Source: Candidatus Marinacidobacterales bacterium
Lineage (GTDB): Bacteria; Acidobacteriota; Vicinamibacteria; Marinacidobacterales; DATDRI01
DNA: 64,000 nucleotides
Assembly (NCBI GenBank): GCA_965219415.1
Contig: CBDCNP010000002.1
Coordinates: 2,880,001-2,944,000 of the forward strand
Reading direction: 5' to 3'
Under the pieces are notes generated by a model, which worked only from the letters and a program-made list of their open reading frames with translations, ran no database searches and was not told the origin of the DNA. The position numbers were made by a program, and so were the translations under genes. Within the stretch, counting starts at the first letter, position 1. Every line of letters begins with the position of its first letter. Shown here one piece after another: positions 19,343 to 29,719 of this stretch.

Positions 19343-20395
19343 CTAATTGTAGTACTCAGCGCCGGTTTGGTTCGCCGCCAACGCCATGTTGCGGAGGCTG
19401 ACGGTTGTCGCGAAGGTCTTGCGAACGTGCGTGTCGTCGGGATCGAAGACTCCCTCCGAGGCCCCTTGCAGGTTGGTGCTTTCGCTCCGCCCCACGACCG
19501 ATAGTCGCACCTTGGTAATCCAACTTGTCGGGTCGTCGGGATCGGGTACCGCGGGCTCGTCTACGAAATTCATCGAATTCCCCAACGCGTACTGTAGCTG
19601 CAAGTTCTCGATGTTGATGGCCACTGGAATCCAGGGCTCTCCGTTGCTCAGGTCGCGGCGCTCGAGTGTCGGGGTGGGCGATGGCGGCAGCGGGCTCACG
19701 CGGTATTGAATCACCTTGAACCTTCCGATAACCGCGCAGTCGGGATGCACCTCACCATTGAACCCTCCGGGCAGGTTCATCCCCGTGGCGCTCTGGCCGG
19801 GATTGTGCGTGATTTTTAGAGTAGGACTGCCGCCGGCGCTGGTCATCGTCGGGGGAAGGCTAACCTCGAAAGGATAGATCCCGTACTCGCCGTCCCCGTT
19901 ACAATCCCCGGTCTCAAGGGCGAAGAGGATCATCCCTTCGTTGTACGCATTCTCCGGGTAGGTTTGATACGGATCGAGCGTCCCCGGATCGATGTTGAGC
20001 GTTGAGGATTGGTCGATGGTATTGCAAGGACCGCCTCCTCCTCCACTACCCGCCACGCCGCACTTCAGCGGCTCCGATATCGGGACATCGGGATCGGCGA
20101 AGATGATGGTGACCTCGTCCGGGTCGATCAAACCGCCGTCATTCCAGAGAACCGCGGACTGCGCCGGCGTTTTGTAGCCTGCCATGAGCAAATCACGGCT
20201 GATGTTCTCCACGCCGGAGCGCGTGTTGTGGTTCATGTCGCTGATCTCGGGCTCACGTCGAAAGCTTTCTTGACCACGTTGCAGCAGCCCAAAAACGGAT
20301 GCCATCACGTTTACCATGAGCAAGAGCGCGATCATCACTTCCACTAGAGTGAATCCCCGCTCGGTCATCGAAAAGTCGGTTCGGACCGGTTTCAT
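19343..20395 (-). CDS. Prepilin-type N-methylation domain protein (PilW-like minor pilin)
   Basis: RG|FTLVEVMIALLL type III signal, plus the C-terminal IENLQLQY...KVRLSVVGRS...TTVSLRN typical of PilW. Confidence 0.85.
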   Translation of the reverse strand: MKPVRTDFSMTERGFTLVEVMIALLLMVNVMASVFGLLQRGQESFRREPEISDMNHNTRSGVENISRDLLMAGYKTPAQSAVLWNDGGLIDPDEVTIIFADPDVPISEPLKCGVAGSGGGGGPCNTIDQSSTLNIDPGTLDPYQTYPENAYNEGMILFALETGDCNGDGEYGIYPFEVSLPPTMTSAGGSPTLKITHNPGQSATGMNLPGGFNGEVHPDCAVIGRFKVIQYRVSPLPPSPTPTLERRDLSNGEPWIPVAINIENLQLQYALGNSMNFVDEPAVPDPDDPTSWITKVRLSVVGRSESTNLQGASEGVFDPDDTHVRKTFATTVSLRNMALAANQTGAEYYN

Positions 20396-20707
20396 GGAGC
20401 ACCTCCCGTGAGAAACGTCCGGGGTTGGGGTTCCCCGGACTCCCCTTCGCTCGTCCGGACTGTGGGGAATCTCGATCACGCGGTTAGTTTTTCAGGTATT
20501 TTGCGCTCCATGGAATGGGCTAAATCACACGGATAACCCCCCAACGCTGTGGGGGGAATTTCCCACAATCCCGCAAACGGCATCCTCGTCCCTTACACTA
20601 TTCTGCGTTCGGCTTGGACTCCGGGTAGATTCAAGATACGATAGTAGGTTCGGATCCGCCGAGTCGCACCAGGAAGAATTCAACGCGCCGTTCGCACAGA
20701 AAACCCC

Positions 20708-21793
20708 ATGACTTTCCGTGTTCTCGCATTGTCCATGCTCGCGGCGGGACTCGTCCTGTCCGGTGCGATCCCTGTGTCTGCTCAAGAGTGGCCGGCCAGC
20801 CCGGTCCGCTATACGGAAGCCAAGGAGTATCCGGTCCATCGCCTGATCGAGCTCCCCGGATCGGTCGAGTCGCGTACCGAAAGCTTGGTGGCCAGCGAAG
20901 TAGCCGGCCTGGTCGTTGAGCTTGCGGCCCGTGAAGGACAAACGGTACGCAAAGGCGAGACCCTCGCCAAGCTCCGAAGCGATCAGCTGGAGTTACAGCT
21001 CCAGGCCGCGGAGGCCGAGCTCCGCGAGGCGGAAGCGCGTCGGACGCAGGCAGAGAGTAATCTGGAGCGCTCCAAAGATCTCTTCGACTCCGAAGTGCTG
21101 TCCCAACGACAGCTCGACGAGGCCATTTCTGAATTCGATGCATGGCGCGGGCGGACGGAGCGCCTCACCGTCATGATTGCCCGCATCAAGCTCGACATCG
21201 AGCGCTCGGCTGTACGAGCGCCCTTCGCGGGCGTCATCGTCGCCGAACGGTGCGAGGTCGGAGAATGGGTCGACAAGGGAGATCCGGTGGTCGAGCTCAT
21301 CTCACTCTACGACCTCGAAGTTCGGGTCGATGTTCCGGAGCGTTACTTCAGCAACATGAACCCGGGGGCCGAGGCGACCGTCCGCTTCGAATCCTTACCG
21401 GGATACGAGTTGACCGGAAAGGTGAGCGCCATTGTTCCCCGAGCCAACGCTCGGTCCCGAACCTTCCCGCTCAAGATCCGCATTAAGAATAAGGATGGGA
21501 AGGTGGGCGCGGGGATGCTGGCCAAAGTGTCATTTCCCGCTGGAGAGTCCTACTCCGCCACCGTCGTTCCCAAGGATGCGGTCATCACACGGGGAGCAGA
21601 ACGCTACGTCTACCTCGTCAACGGAGACAGCACCGTGAGTCAGGTATCCGTCGAGACCGGTGTCGCCATGGGCCCCTGGGTCGAGATTCAGAGCGAGGTG
21701 AGGCCGGGTGCGAAGGTCGTCACCCGCGGGAACGAGCGCTTGCAGCCGGGGCAGAGAGTCCAAGGCGAGCCACTAGAGTACGCTCTGCCATAG
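20708..21793 (+). CDS. RND efflux periplasmic adaptor (MFP)
   Basis: VASEVAG..EGQTVRKG, VRAPFAG, SRTF and VVPKDAV motifs. Confidence 0.92.
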   Translation: MTFRVLALSMLAAGLVLSGAIPVSAQEWPASPVRYTEAKEYPVHRLIELPGSVESRTESLVASEVAGLVVELAAREGQTVRKGETLAKLRSDQLELQLQAAEAELREAEARRTQAESNLERSKDLFDSEVLSQRQLDEAISEFDAWRGRTERLTVMIARIKLDIERSAVRAPFAGVIVAERCEVGEWVDKGDPVVELISLYDLEVRVDVPERYFSNMNPGAEATVRFESLPGYELTGKVSAIVPRANARSRTFPLKIRIKNKDGKVGAGMLAKVSFPAGESYSATVVPKDAVITRGAERYVYLVNGDSTVSQVSVETGVAMGPWVEIQSEVRPGAKVVTRGNERLQPGQRVQGEPLEYALP

Positions 21794-21797
21794 TGCC

Positions 21798-24700
21798 ATG
21801 AAGATCATCAACGAAGCCGTACGCTACCCGGTCACGACCGCGGTAGGGGTGCTGTTCTTGTTGCTCTTCGGCGCCATCGCTCTCTTCCGCATTCCCGTCC
21901 AACTCACACCCGACGTCGACGAGCCGAACGTCACCGTCAGCACGTTTTGGCCGGGAGCCAGTCCTCAAGAGATCGAGCGGGAAATCGTCGACGAACAGGA
22001 AGAACAGCTCAAAGCCATTGAGGGTCTCGTCAGAATGGAGAGCTCGAGCTCCGACAGCTCCGCCACCATCGTACTGACCTTCCCGGTGGGAACCGATTTG
22101 GACGCCGCCGTTTTGAGAGTCTCGAACCGATTGCAGCAGGTCCCCGAATATCCCTCCGACGCGGATAAGCCGATCATCACGACGGTCGGTTTCGAAGAAA
22201 ACGCCGTCGCCTGGTTCATTCTCAAGAAAACCGAGGAGAACCCTTACCAGGAAGACATCTCGACCCTGTACAACTTCGTCGACGACTACATAAAGCCCGA
22301 GATCGAGAGAGTCGAGGGCGTGGGGCAGTCTAACTTCTTCGGTGGCCGCGAGCGAGAGATGCAAGTGATCGTCGACCCTGCCAAGTTGGCGGCTCGCAGT
22401 GTGACGTTCAACGAGCTCGGGGAGGCCCTCGAAAAAGAGAACCGCAACTACAGCGGTGGGGACTTCGACGAAGGCAAACGCCGCTACGTCGTGCGCACCG
22501 TGGGCGAGTATCAATCGGCGGAAGACATCGAGAACATCGTTGTTGCGGTGCGGGACGGTGTTCCCATCTACGTTCGTGACGTCGGCCGTGCCGAGCTCGG
22601 CTACCGAAAGCCCCGGGCCGAGGTCTACGAGTGGGACGAGAAGACCATCGCCATCAACGCCATCGCGGAGCCGGGAACCAATGTCCTCGAAGTCATGGCG
22701 GGGTTGCAAGAAACCACCGACCGACTGAATCGGGACCTACTGCACCCTCGGGGGCTCGACCTTTGGTTGGCCTACGACGAGACCGAGTATATCGATAGCG
22801 CCATCGCTCTCGTTCGACAAAGCCTCATAATCGGCGGCCTACTCGCCGTCGTCATCCTACTGCTTTACCTGCGGAGCGGCACCAGCACGTTGGTCATCGC
22901 GGTCGCCATCCCCATTTGCATCGTCGGTACGTTCTTGATGATGTACCTGTTCGGGCGCACGTTGAACGTCGTGAGCCTGGCGGGAATGGCCTTCGCGGTG
23001 GGCATGGTGGTCGATAACTCCATCGTGGTGCTCGAGAACATCTACCGCCACAGCCAGATGGGCAAGCCTCGATTCACGGCCGCCTACGACGGCGCGAGAG
23101 AGGTCTGGGGAGCAGTCCTGGCCAGTACACTCACCACCATCGCAGTCTTCGTACCGGTGGTGTTCATCCAGGAAGAGGCGGGGCAGCTCTTCGCCGATAT
23201 TGCGATCGCCATCAGCTGTGCGGTGGCACTCAGCCTCATCGTCTCGATCACCGTCATCCCCAGCCTTTCGGCGCGCATTCTTCGCACCGCCCATCAGGAC
23301 AACGAGGACAAGGGATTCCACAATCTTTGGGGGGCAATGAATCGCGCCGCCGACTTCGCCCACTGGGTTCGCGACACGGTGACCTGGATCAACGCAACCA
23401 CCAAGCGCCGGCTCACGGTTGTTGTCGGACTCACCACGGTTTCCATCGGCCTGAGCGTCCTCATCATGCCCAAGGCCGAGTACCTCCCGGTCGGCAACAA
23501 CAATTTCTTGTTCGGGATCCTGTCGCCACCGCCGGGATACACGCTGGACGAAGTCTCCGAGCTCCGTAAGGTTTACGAGGAGGGTCTGCGTTCGCTGTGG
23601 GAGTCTGAACCTGGGTCTCCGGCGGCATTGGCACAGCCTGGAGGCGGGGTCAAAAACTTTTTCTTTGTGAGTCTCCACAGCAGTGTCTTCATGGGTGCGC
23701 GCGCTCGAGATCCTCTGCGCGTCCGAGAGCTCATCCCCGAGTTTCAAAGGTTGGGCTTCTCGAGTCCCGGCGTGATCGCGGTCGTCAATCAGGCCAGCAT
23801 TTTTCAGGGAGGCTTCGACGAGGGGCGCAACATCGACATCGACATCACCGGCCCCGATCTCGAGCGGCTCATGCAGCTAGGTGGGGAGATGTTCGGCAAA
23901 GTTTTTCAAGCCCTGCCCGGAGCGCAGGGTCGACCCATACCGGGACTCGATTTGGACAATCCAGAAATTCAAGTGATCACCCATCGTCGGCGAGCCGCCG
24001 AAATGGGGCTCTCGAACCGCGAGCTCGGTTTTGCGGTGAGTGCGCTGGTGGACGGTGCCAAGGCTAGCGACTACCAATTTGAGGGGAGAGAGATCGACCT
24101 CAGGGTCATGACCGAGGAGAGCTACGAGCACCGCACTCACCTGCTCGAGCAGCTTCCCATCGCCACACCCTATGGCCGGCTCGTCACGCTCGGTTCGGTG
24201 GCCGAGGTCGTCGAGGCGAACGGGCCGGTGCAGATCAATCACCGCGAGCGCGAACGCTCTATCACTCTGCGCATCACACCGCATGAACAGATGCCGTTGG
24301 AGACCGCGATGGAAGCGGTGCAGACCCAGATCATCGCTCCGATGCAACAAGAAGGAAAACTCGGTGGCCTCTATCGTGTTGCCTTGAGCGGAAGCGCCGA
24401 CAAACTCTCCCAAACCGGCCGTTCTTTGAGGTGGAACTTCCTTCTCGCCATCGTCATTACGTATTTGCTGATGGCGGCGCTCTTCGAAAGTTTTCTCTAC
24501 CCTTTCGTCATCATGTTCAGTGTGCCGCTAGCCGCTCTGGGAGGGTTCTTGGGGCTGGCGGTCGTGAACCTGTTCACCTACCAGGCCCTCGACGTGCTCA
24601 CCATGTTGGGCTTCATCATCCTCGTTGGCACAGTGGTCAATAACGCTATTCTCATCGTGCATCAGTCCCTGAACCACATGCGCGAGGAAGCCATGGAGCC

Positions 24701-24980
24701 ACGCCTCGCGATTAGCGAGTCGGTGAAGACACGCATCCGTCCCATCTTCATGAGCGTGAGCACATCGGTCTGCGGCATGTTGCCGCTCATCCTATTCCCC
24801 GGCGCCGGCTCGGAGCTCTATCGCGGACTGGGAAGCGTCGTGGTCGGCGGCCTGGTGCTGTCGACGCTGTTTACTTTGTTCCTTGTCCCTGCATTGTTTA
24901 GCCTGGTGATGGACGCTCGTGCCTACCTCGCCGAGCGGGCGGTGCGAGTATTGAAGCCCGCCCAGCACACGAGCGACTAG
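21798..24980 (+). CDS. RND efflux permease (AcrB/MdtBC-like)
   Basis: 1060 aa with GMVVDNSIVVLENI, GTVVNNAIL and RIRPIFM motifs. Confidence 0.93.
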   Translation: MKIINEAVRYPVTTAVGVLFLLLFGAIALFRIPVQLTPDVDEPNVTVSTFWPGASPQEIEREIVDEQEEQLKAIEGLVRMESSSSDSSATIVLTFPVGTDLDAAVLRVSNRLQQVPEYPSDADKPIITTVGFEENAVAWFILKKTEENPYQEDISTLYNFVDDYIKPEIERVEGVGQSNFFGGREREMQVIVDPAKLAARSVTFNELGEALEKENRNYSGGDFDEGKRRYVVRTVGEYQSAEDIENIVVAVRDGVPIYVRDVGRAELGYRKPRAEVYEWDEKTIAINAIAEPGTNVLEVMAGLQETTDRLNRDLLHPRGLDLWLAYDETEYIDSAIALVRQSLIIGGLLAVVILLLYLRSGTSTLVIAVAIPICIVGTFLMMYLFGRTLNVVSLAGMAFAVGMVVDNSIVVLENIYRHSQMGKPRFTAAYDGAREVWGAVLASTLTTIAVFVPVVFIQEEAGQLFADIAIAISCAVALSLIVSITVIPSLSARILRTAHQDNEDKGFHNLWGAMNRAADFAHWVRDTVTWINATTKRRLTVVVGLTTVSIGLSVLIMPKAEYLPVGNNNFLFGILSPPPGYTLDEVSELRKVYEEGLRSLWESEPGSPAALAQPGGGVKNFFFVSLHSSVFMGARARDPLRVRELIPEFQRLGFSSPGVIAVVNQASIFQGGFDEGRNIDIDITGPDLERLMQLGGEMFGKVFQALPGAQGRPIPGLDLDNPEIQVITHRRRAAEMGLSNRELGFAVSALVDGAKASDYQFEGREIDLRVMTEESYEHRTHLLEQLPIATPYGRLVTLGSVAEVVEANGPVQINHRERERSITLRITPHEQMPLETAMEAVQTQIIAPMQQEGKLGGLYRVALSGSADKLSQTGRSLRWNFLLAIVITYLLMAALFESFLYPFVIMFSVPLAALGGFLGLAVVNLFTYQALDVLTMLGFIILVGTVVNNAILIVHQSLNHMREEAMEPRLAISESVKTRIRPIFMSVSTSVCGMLPLILFPGAGSELYRGLGSVVVGGLVLSTLFTLFLVPALFSLVMDARAYLAERAVRVLKPAQHTSD

Positions 24981-24983
24981 CCC

Positions 24984-25014
24984 CCGCCTTCGCCAAGGCT
25001 ACGGCGAGGCAAGC
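24984..25014. repeat. REP-like palindromic element
   Basis: CCGCCTTCGCCAAGGCTACGGCGAGGCAAGC forms a hairpin right after the RND stop and resembles a widespread intergenic REP type. Only one copy is in this window. Confidence 0.5.
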
Positions 25015-25036
25015 GCCGTTTCACTACAATAAGGCG

Positions 25037-26703
25037 ATGCGAAAGTGTCCGGCCGCCAACGTTCTCCCGTTTCTCTTGCTCCTCACGGCGTGCGAGGGTC
25101 GGGAGCCCGAACCGTTGGTAGTGCTCTTCTGCCTCGACGGCGCCAGTCCCGAAGCCTTCGACCGGCTTCGCTCGGAGGGGAAGCTACCCAACATCGACCG
25201 CCTGATCCGCTCGGGTAGCTGGGGCCCATTGGAGTCCTTGGGTGCGAAGCGGGTACTCCAGGCCCACCCGCGACGGGGGTATTGGTCTCCGATCATTTGG
25301 GCGTCCGTCGCGACGGGCATGATCCCCGAGAAGCACGGGATTCTCGATTTTCTTCTACCAATGCCGGGGACGTCGTTCGCGTGGATTGGAAACGATGCCG
25401 GCCCGCCGCGAGCCGATCTCAAGCTGCCTCAGGTGAACGGTCGTCCACCGTACACTCTGCGCCTTCGGTTGCGCTCGTTTCCGGCGAACGGCCCGCAGGA
25501 TGTCCAAGTCCTCTTGAACGGCGCCCCCGTCGCATCGACCACGGTTCCGGTCAAGTGGAAGGACTTCACCGTGGATTTATCGGAGGAGCTCTTTCGCCCG
25601 CACAGAATCGGGTCGAGCTTGTTTTCTCGAAACAAAGCAAGCCATCGGACCGAGGCAAATCGAAAGATCACCGTTCCCTCGCCGGGGCCTTCGCCTCGCT
25701 TACGGTGGAAGATTCGCGGGGAAAGATCGTGGCTTCCTTCGACCCGGTCTACCAACGCTTCTCGCTCGGCAGGGGTTTTCATCTTCCCGAGGCCGAGCTG
25801 GTCGAAGCGCAGAGCGCTCACTTCAAGACACGACCGGTGTGGAGTCTCCTGGGGGATCTGGGGCATCGGATCGGGGTGGTGGGCTATTGGTCCACTTGGC
25901 CCGCCTACGAGGTGAACGGCTTTCTCGTCAGCTCGCGCATGGGAATGCGTGGAAGACGACAAGGCACGCGCGAGCATCTCACCTGGCCGGCCGAGCTCGC
26001 GGGAGAGCTCCAGCCGCTGAAGCCAACCGAGGCCGAGATGAAAGAGGTCGTCACCGACCTCTACCCGCCTTCCTGCTCACCGGCCAAACCCAAGAGCCTC
26101 TCGGTCTTCGAGCAAGTCGTGTGGCAAGACGAGTTCTATTTCCGAATCGCGCGGAAGCTCTTACCCACTCTCGACGAAGGATTTTTCACCGTTTACTTCG
26201 AGTCCATCGATGTGGGAAGCCATGCGTTTTTGCCTTATCGTCACGGAGCAGAGCTTCCTCCCGATTGTCCCGAGTCGGTGAGAGAAGTGGCCGACAAGAC
26301 GTACGCACGGATCGACGGATGGATCGGCGAGTTGATTGAAGATCTCCCCGCCCACGCAACCGTGGTCGTGATCTCGGACCACGGCATGGTGACCGCCGAC
26401 AACGCCGGCTACCACGCTCCCTATGGGGTCTTTATCGCGTCTGGACCGGCGGTCCGGCATGCCGAGTTGAGGGGTGCGACGGTCTTGGACATTGCGCCGA
26501 CTATCCTTCAGCTCATTGGCGTCCCCATTCCTTTCGAGATGGACGGCAAAGTACTGGTGCAGGCCTTCAAGCCGGAGTGGTTCGCGGCGCACGTCCCGCG
26601 ATATTTAGACGTAGAGACGGCACGCGCCGAGGAGAATGCACCTCTCGCGGAAGACACCGAAGACGTGATCGAGCGGCTAAAATCGATTGGCTATATAGAG
26701 TGA
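25037..26703 (+). CDS. Alkaline phosphatase superfamily / nucleotide pyrophosphatase-like lipoprotein, frameshifted near 25598
   Basis: Lipobox LTAC, LDGA, SPIIWASVATG..PEKHGI, SIDVGSH, ISDHG, DIAPTIL and RLKSIGYI. The two ORFs join if one C is restored. Confidence 0.85.
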
Positions 26704-26830
26704 AGATTCGCCTGCATCACTGGAAAGCTTGAGGCCAAGTTGAGTCGGCTGTCGGCCGCCAAACTACTTGGTTGCTCTGACCGGAGCTAGCCAGGCGGCG
26801 GTGGGGCCCCGCGCGCACTAACTATTTCCG

Positions 26831-28831
26831 CTACACGCGTGACACTTCCACCCGGGCGTCGTTGAAGCAAGCACCCGCGCCCACGTTGTCGACTGTCGGT
26901 GGGCAGAGAGCGGTTGCGGTGCGGTCGTTTTCCGAAGACTTCATCCAGGCACCCTTCGGGATGCTGACCACCCCGACCTTGGTGCTGTCACTCACCCGAG
27001 CGTGACAACGTACTTCTCCTAGCCGATTGTGTACGCGCACAATGTTGCCAGCATCGATACCCCTCGTCGAGGCATCTTCCGGATGGATGGTGACCTCCAA
27101 GGTGGGATAGCTCCACTCACCGAAGGTGCTGTTCGTCATCCTTGACATTGCCGGAGTGAGAAGCGCCAGCGGGTAATCCGGATCTTGGACCGGTCGATAC
27201 TCGTACGACCGCGGTCCGAGTGCTGCGGGTGTGAGGTGGATCTTCTGATCCGAAGTCTGCGGGAACACCGACTCGAACTGCACCGGTGCATCCCCAGGAA
27301 AGCTGTACCTCTGCTGCTTGCCCGCTTCGAGTAAGACGGGATCCGCTTGCTTCCCGTTCAACCGCATCGTGGCGGCGACTCTTCTGAGCGCTTCGGCGCC
27401 TTCCCAAGAAAACGCCTCGTCCTCGAAGCCCATCGCGCGACCGAGCGCCGAGAAGACGTCGTGGTTGGACCGAGACTCGCCACGTGCTGCGATGGCGGCC
27501 CGAACACCGCCGACAACATAGGCACCGTAGCCAGCCCGGATGTCCTCGTGCTCGAGAAACGTCGTGGCGGGCAGGAGAATGTCCGCGTAACGAGCCGTGT
27601 CCGTCATGACCTGATCGAAAACGACCGTAAACAGGTCTTCGCGGCCGAGACCGGTAAGCACCGCGTTTTGATCCGGTACCGTAGCAGCGGGATTGGCGTT
27701 GTACACGAAGAGGCCCTTGATGGGCGGTGAGAAGTCACCCTTCAGGACCTTGCCTAGCTCGGTCATATTGATGATGCGGGTCTGCCAGCTCGACTCGTCC
27801 CATATCTGATTCGGTTCCACATGTAACGCGCCTCGATTGCTCAACGTATAGCCGCCACCGCGAGGCCCGAACTTGCCGAGCAGCGCCGGCATCGCCAGAA
27901 CCGCGGCGACCGCCTGCCCTCCGTTCTGGTTCCTCTCGATGCCCCATCCGCACCGCATCACCGCTGGAGAAGCTGCGGCGTACTGATCCGCCAGCCGTCG
28001 AATCGCTTCCGGATCGACGCGTGCCTCTACCGCCGCTCGGTCGATAGACCATGGAGCCGCCTTCTCCAAGAGTGCATCGAGACCGACGCTGTGGCCGTCC
28101 AGAAACTGCCGGTCGAGCCTTCCCTGCTCGCTCCAGTAACGGATCATCGAAAGCGCTACCGGGAGATCGGCCCCCGGGAAGATCGGAAGGTGCAGATCCA
28201 CGAGGTCCGCGGACAGGTTCCTCCTGGGATCGACGACCGCTATGAACGCGCCCCGGCGTTTCGCCTCCTGTAGAAACGGCACCAGATGGATGTTGGATGC
28301 CCTGGGATTCGCGCCCCATACAATGATGCACTTGGCTTCGGGGTAATCTTCGAAGGCCACTCCCGGCATCTTGCCGTACATGCCCTGGGAGACTTCGGAA
28401 GTCGGCGCCGCGCAAATCGTCTTCGCGAGGCGGGAGGCGCCCAGACGCGCGAAGTATAGGCTGTCGGAAAAACCGTCGGTAAGCGCGCCGTTCGAGCCGC
28501 CGTAGTGATAGGGCAGAACGGCTTCCGGCCCCCACTCGGCCGCGATTGTCCGAAACTGATCCGTGATATCGCCGATCGCCGCCTCCCATGAGATCCGCTC
28601 GAACTCCTCATCTCCCTTTGCACCCTTGCGCCTCATCGGGTAGAGAGGCCGCGAGTCATGATAGACGCGGCGTGAGAACTGCGTAACCTTGGAGCAAATG
28701 AAGCCCCCGCTTGTCGGATGGTCGTCGTGACCCCGAATCTCTTCGATGATGTCGTCCTTGACGGTCACTTCGAGCGAGCACGCGTCCGGGCAATCCATGG
28801 CGCAAGTGGTATCGACGAGCTTAGTGGTCAC
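26831..28831 (-). CDS. Cytoplasmic molybdopterin-dependent oxidoreductase (YyaE-like)
   Basis: CxxDCPDxC...GFICSK Fe-S motif, WGANP, ADILLPA and a C-terminal molydop-binding domain. No Tat signal. GTG start after GGAGG. Confidence 0.9.
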   Translation of the reverse strand: MTTKLVDTTCAMDCPDACSLEVTVKDDIIEEIRGHDDHPTSGGFICSKVTQFSRRVYHDSRPLYPMRRKGAKGDEEFERISWEAAIGDITDQFRTIAAEWGPEAVLPYHYGGSNGALTDGFSDSLYFARLGASRLAKTICAAPTSEVSQGMYGKMPGVAFEDYPEAKCIIVWGANPRASNIHLVPFLQEAKRRGAFIAVVDPRRNLSADLVDLHLPIFPGADLPVALSMIRYWSEQGRLDRQFLDGHSVGLDALLEKAAPWSIDRAAVEARVDPEAIRRLADQYAAASPAVMRCGWGIERNQNGGQAVAAVLAMPALLGKFGPRGGGYTLSNRGALHVEPNQIWDESSWQTRIINMTELGKVLKGDFSPPIKGLFVYNANPAATVPDQNAVLTGLGREDLFTVVFDQVMTDTARYADILLPATTFLEHEDIRAGYGAYVVGGVRAAIAARGESRSNHDVFSALGRAMGFEDEAFSWEGAEALRRVAATMRLNGKQADPVLLEAGKQQRYSFPGDAPVQFESVFPQTSDQKIHLTPAALGPRSYEYRPVQDPDYPLALLTPAMSRMTNSTFGEWSYPTLEVTIHPEDASTRGIDAGNIVRVHNRLGEVRCHARVSDSTKVGVVSIPKGAWMKSSENDRTATALCPPTVDNVGAGACFNDARVEVSRV

Positions 28832-28942
28832 CTTTTTTCCTCCTATCATCTCATAGAGGATTCTAGCTTCCATCCCTGTCCCCCGTAAGAGCCACTCTGG
28901 CGTGTACGGAAGGATCCAGCGCGAAAGGCCATCAACAGGCCG

Positions 28943-29719
28943 TCAACCCCTCTTTTTCGCCACGATGCGGAGCCCCAATGGCACAATGGCCCCATCGTCT
29001 ATCAAGCCTCGCTCGAGCTCCAGGAGCTTGAGGGCAGCATCGTACCCTCGCTGGCTCGGCTCTAAAGCGGCGGCAAAGTCCGCGAACAAGGTCGGGACCC
29101 TTTCCGAATTCACGATGTCGAAACGGCGCTCGACTCCGTCGAGCATTTCTTTGCCCTTGTGGAGGGGGGGTTCGTGGTGGTGCTCTTCGATCCATTCTTC
29201 CAGTGGCGTCGTCGGCACCGGCCGTTCGTCCACGTGGTCCCGGTGCGAATGGTGGTGGTGCTCTTCGTCTCCCCGCTCTTCCGTTAGTACTCCGCACGAC
29301 TCGAGCAGAGACCACATCGCGTAGAACCATCGCGCCGTACTCTCATCGATTTCATCCCACGAGAATTCTTCTGCGAGAAGGAGCCCGCCGGGAACGAGGA
29401 GGCGCCCGGTGTGCTCCAACGCATCTCCCAACGGAAAGATATGGTGGAGCGAAAAACCAAAGACGATGGCGTCGAAAGTTTCTCCTTCGAGGTGGAGAAA
29501 ATCCGTTTGCCTCGCTTCGACGCCGAGAGCTCGGGCCTTGTCGACCGCCCCCTCATCCACATCCAAGCCGATGACACGATGGCCGGCTTCTTTTAGTTCG
29601 CCCGCTAGCTCGCCGGCCCCGCATCCGGCGTCCATGATCCGCGAGTCGGCGGGTAAATAATCCTCGAGGTAGCAAAGCGTCCCTGAGATCGTAAGGTCGG
29701 TGGGTTTCCGGGCACCCAT
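28943..29719 (-). CDS. Class I SAM-dependent methyltransferase with a His-rich insert
   Basis: MDAGCGAG motif I, FDAIV..SLHHI, L.PGG. The start overlaps the sbcC stop. Confidence 0.85.
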   Translation of the reverse strand: MGARKPTDLTISGTLCYLEDYLPADSRIMDAGCGAGELAGELKEAGHRVIGLDVDEGAVDKARALGVEARQTDFLHLEGETFDAIVFGFSLHHIFPLGDALEHTGRLLVPGGLLLAEEFSWDEIDESTARWFYAMWSLLESCGVLTEERGDEEHHHHSHRDHVDERPVPTTPLEEWIEEHHHEPPLHKGKEMLDGVERRFDIVNSERVPTLFADFAAALEPSQRGYDAALKLLELERGLIDDGAIVPLGLRIVAKKRG

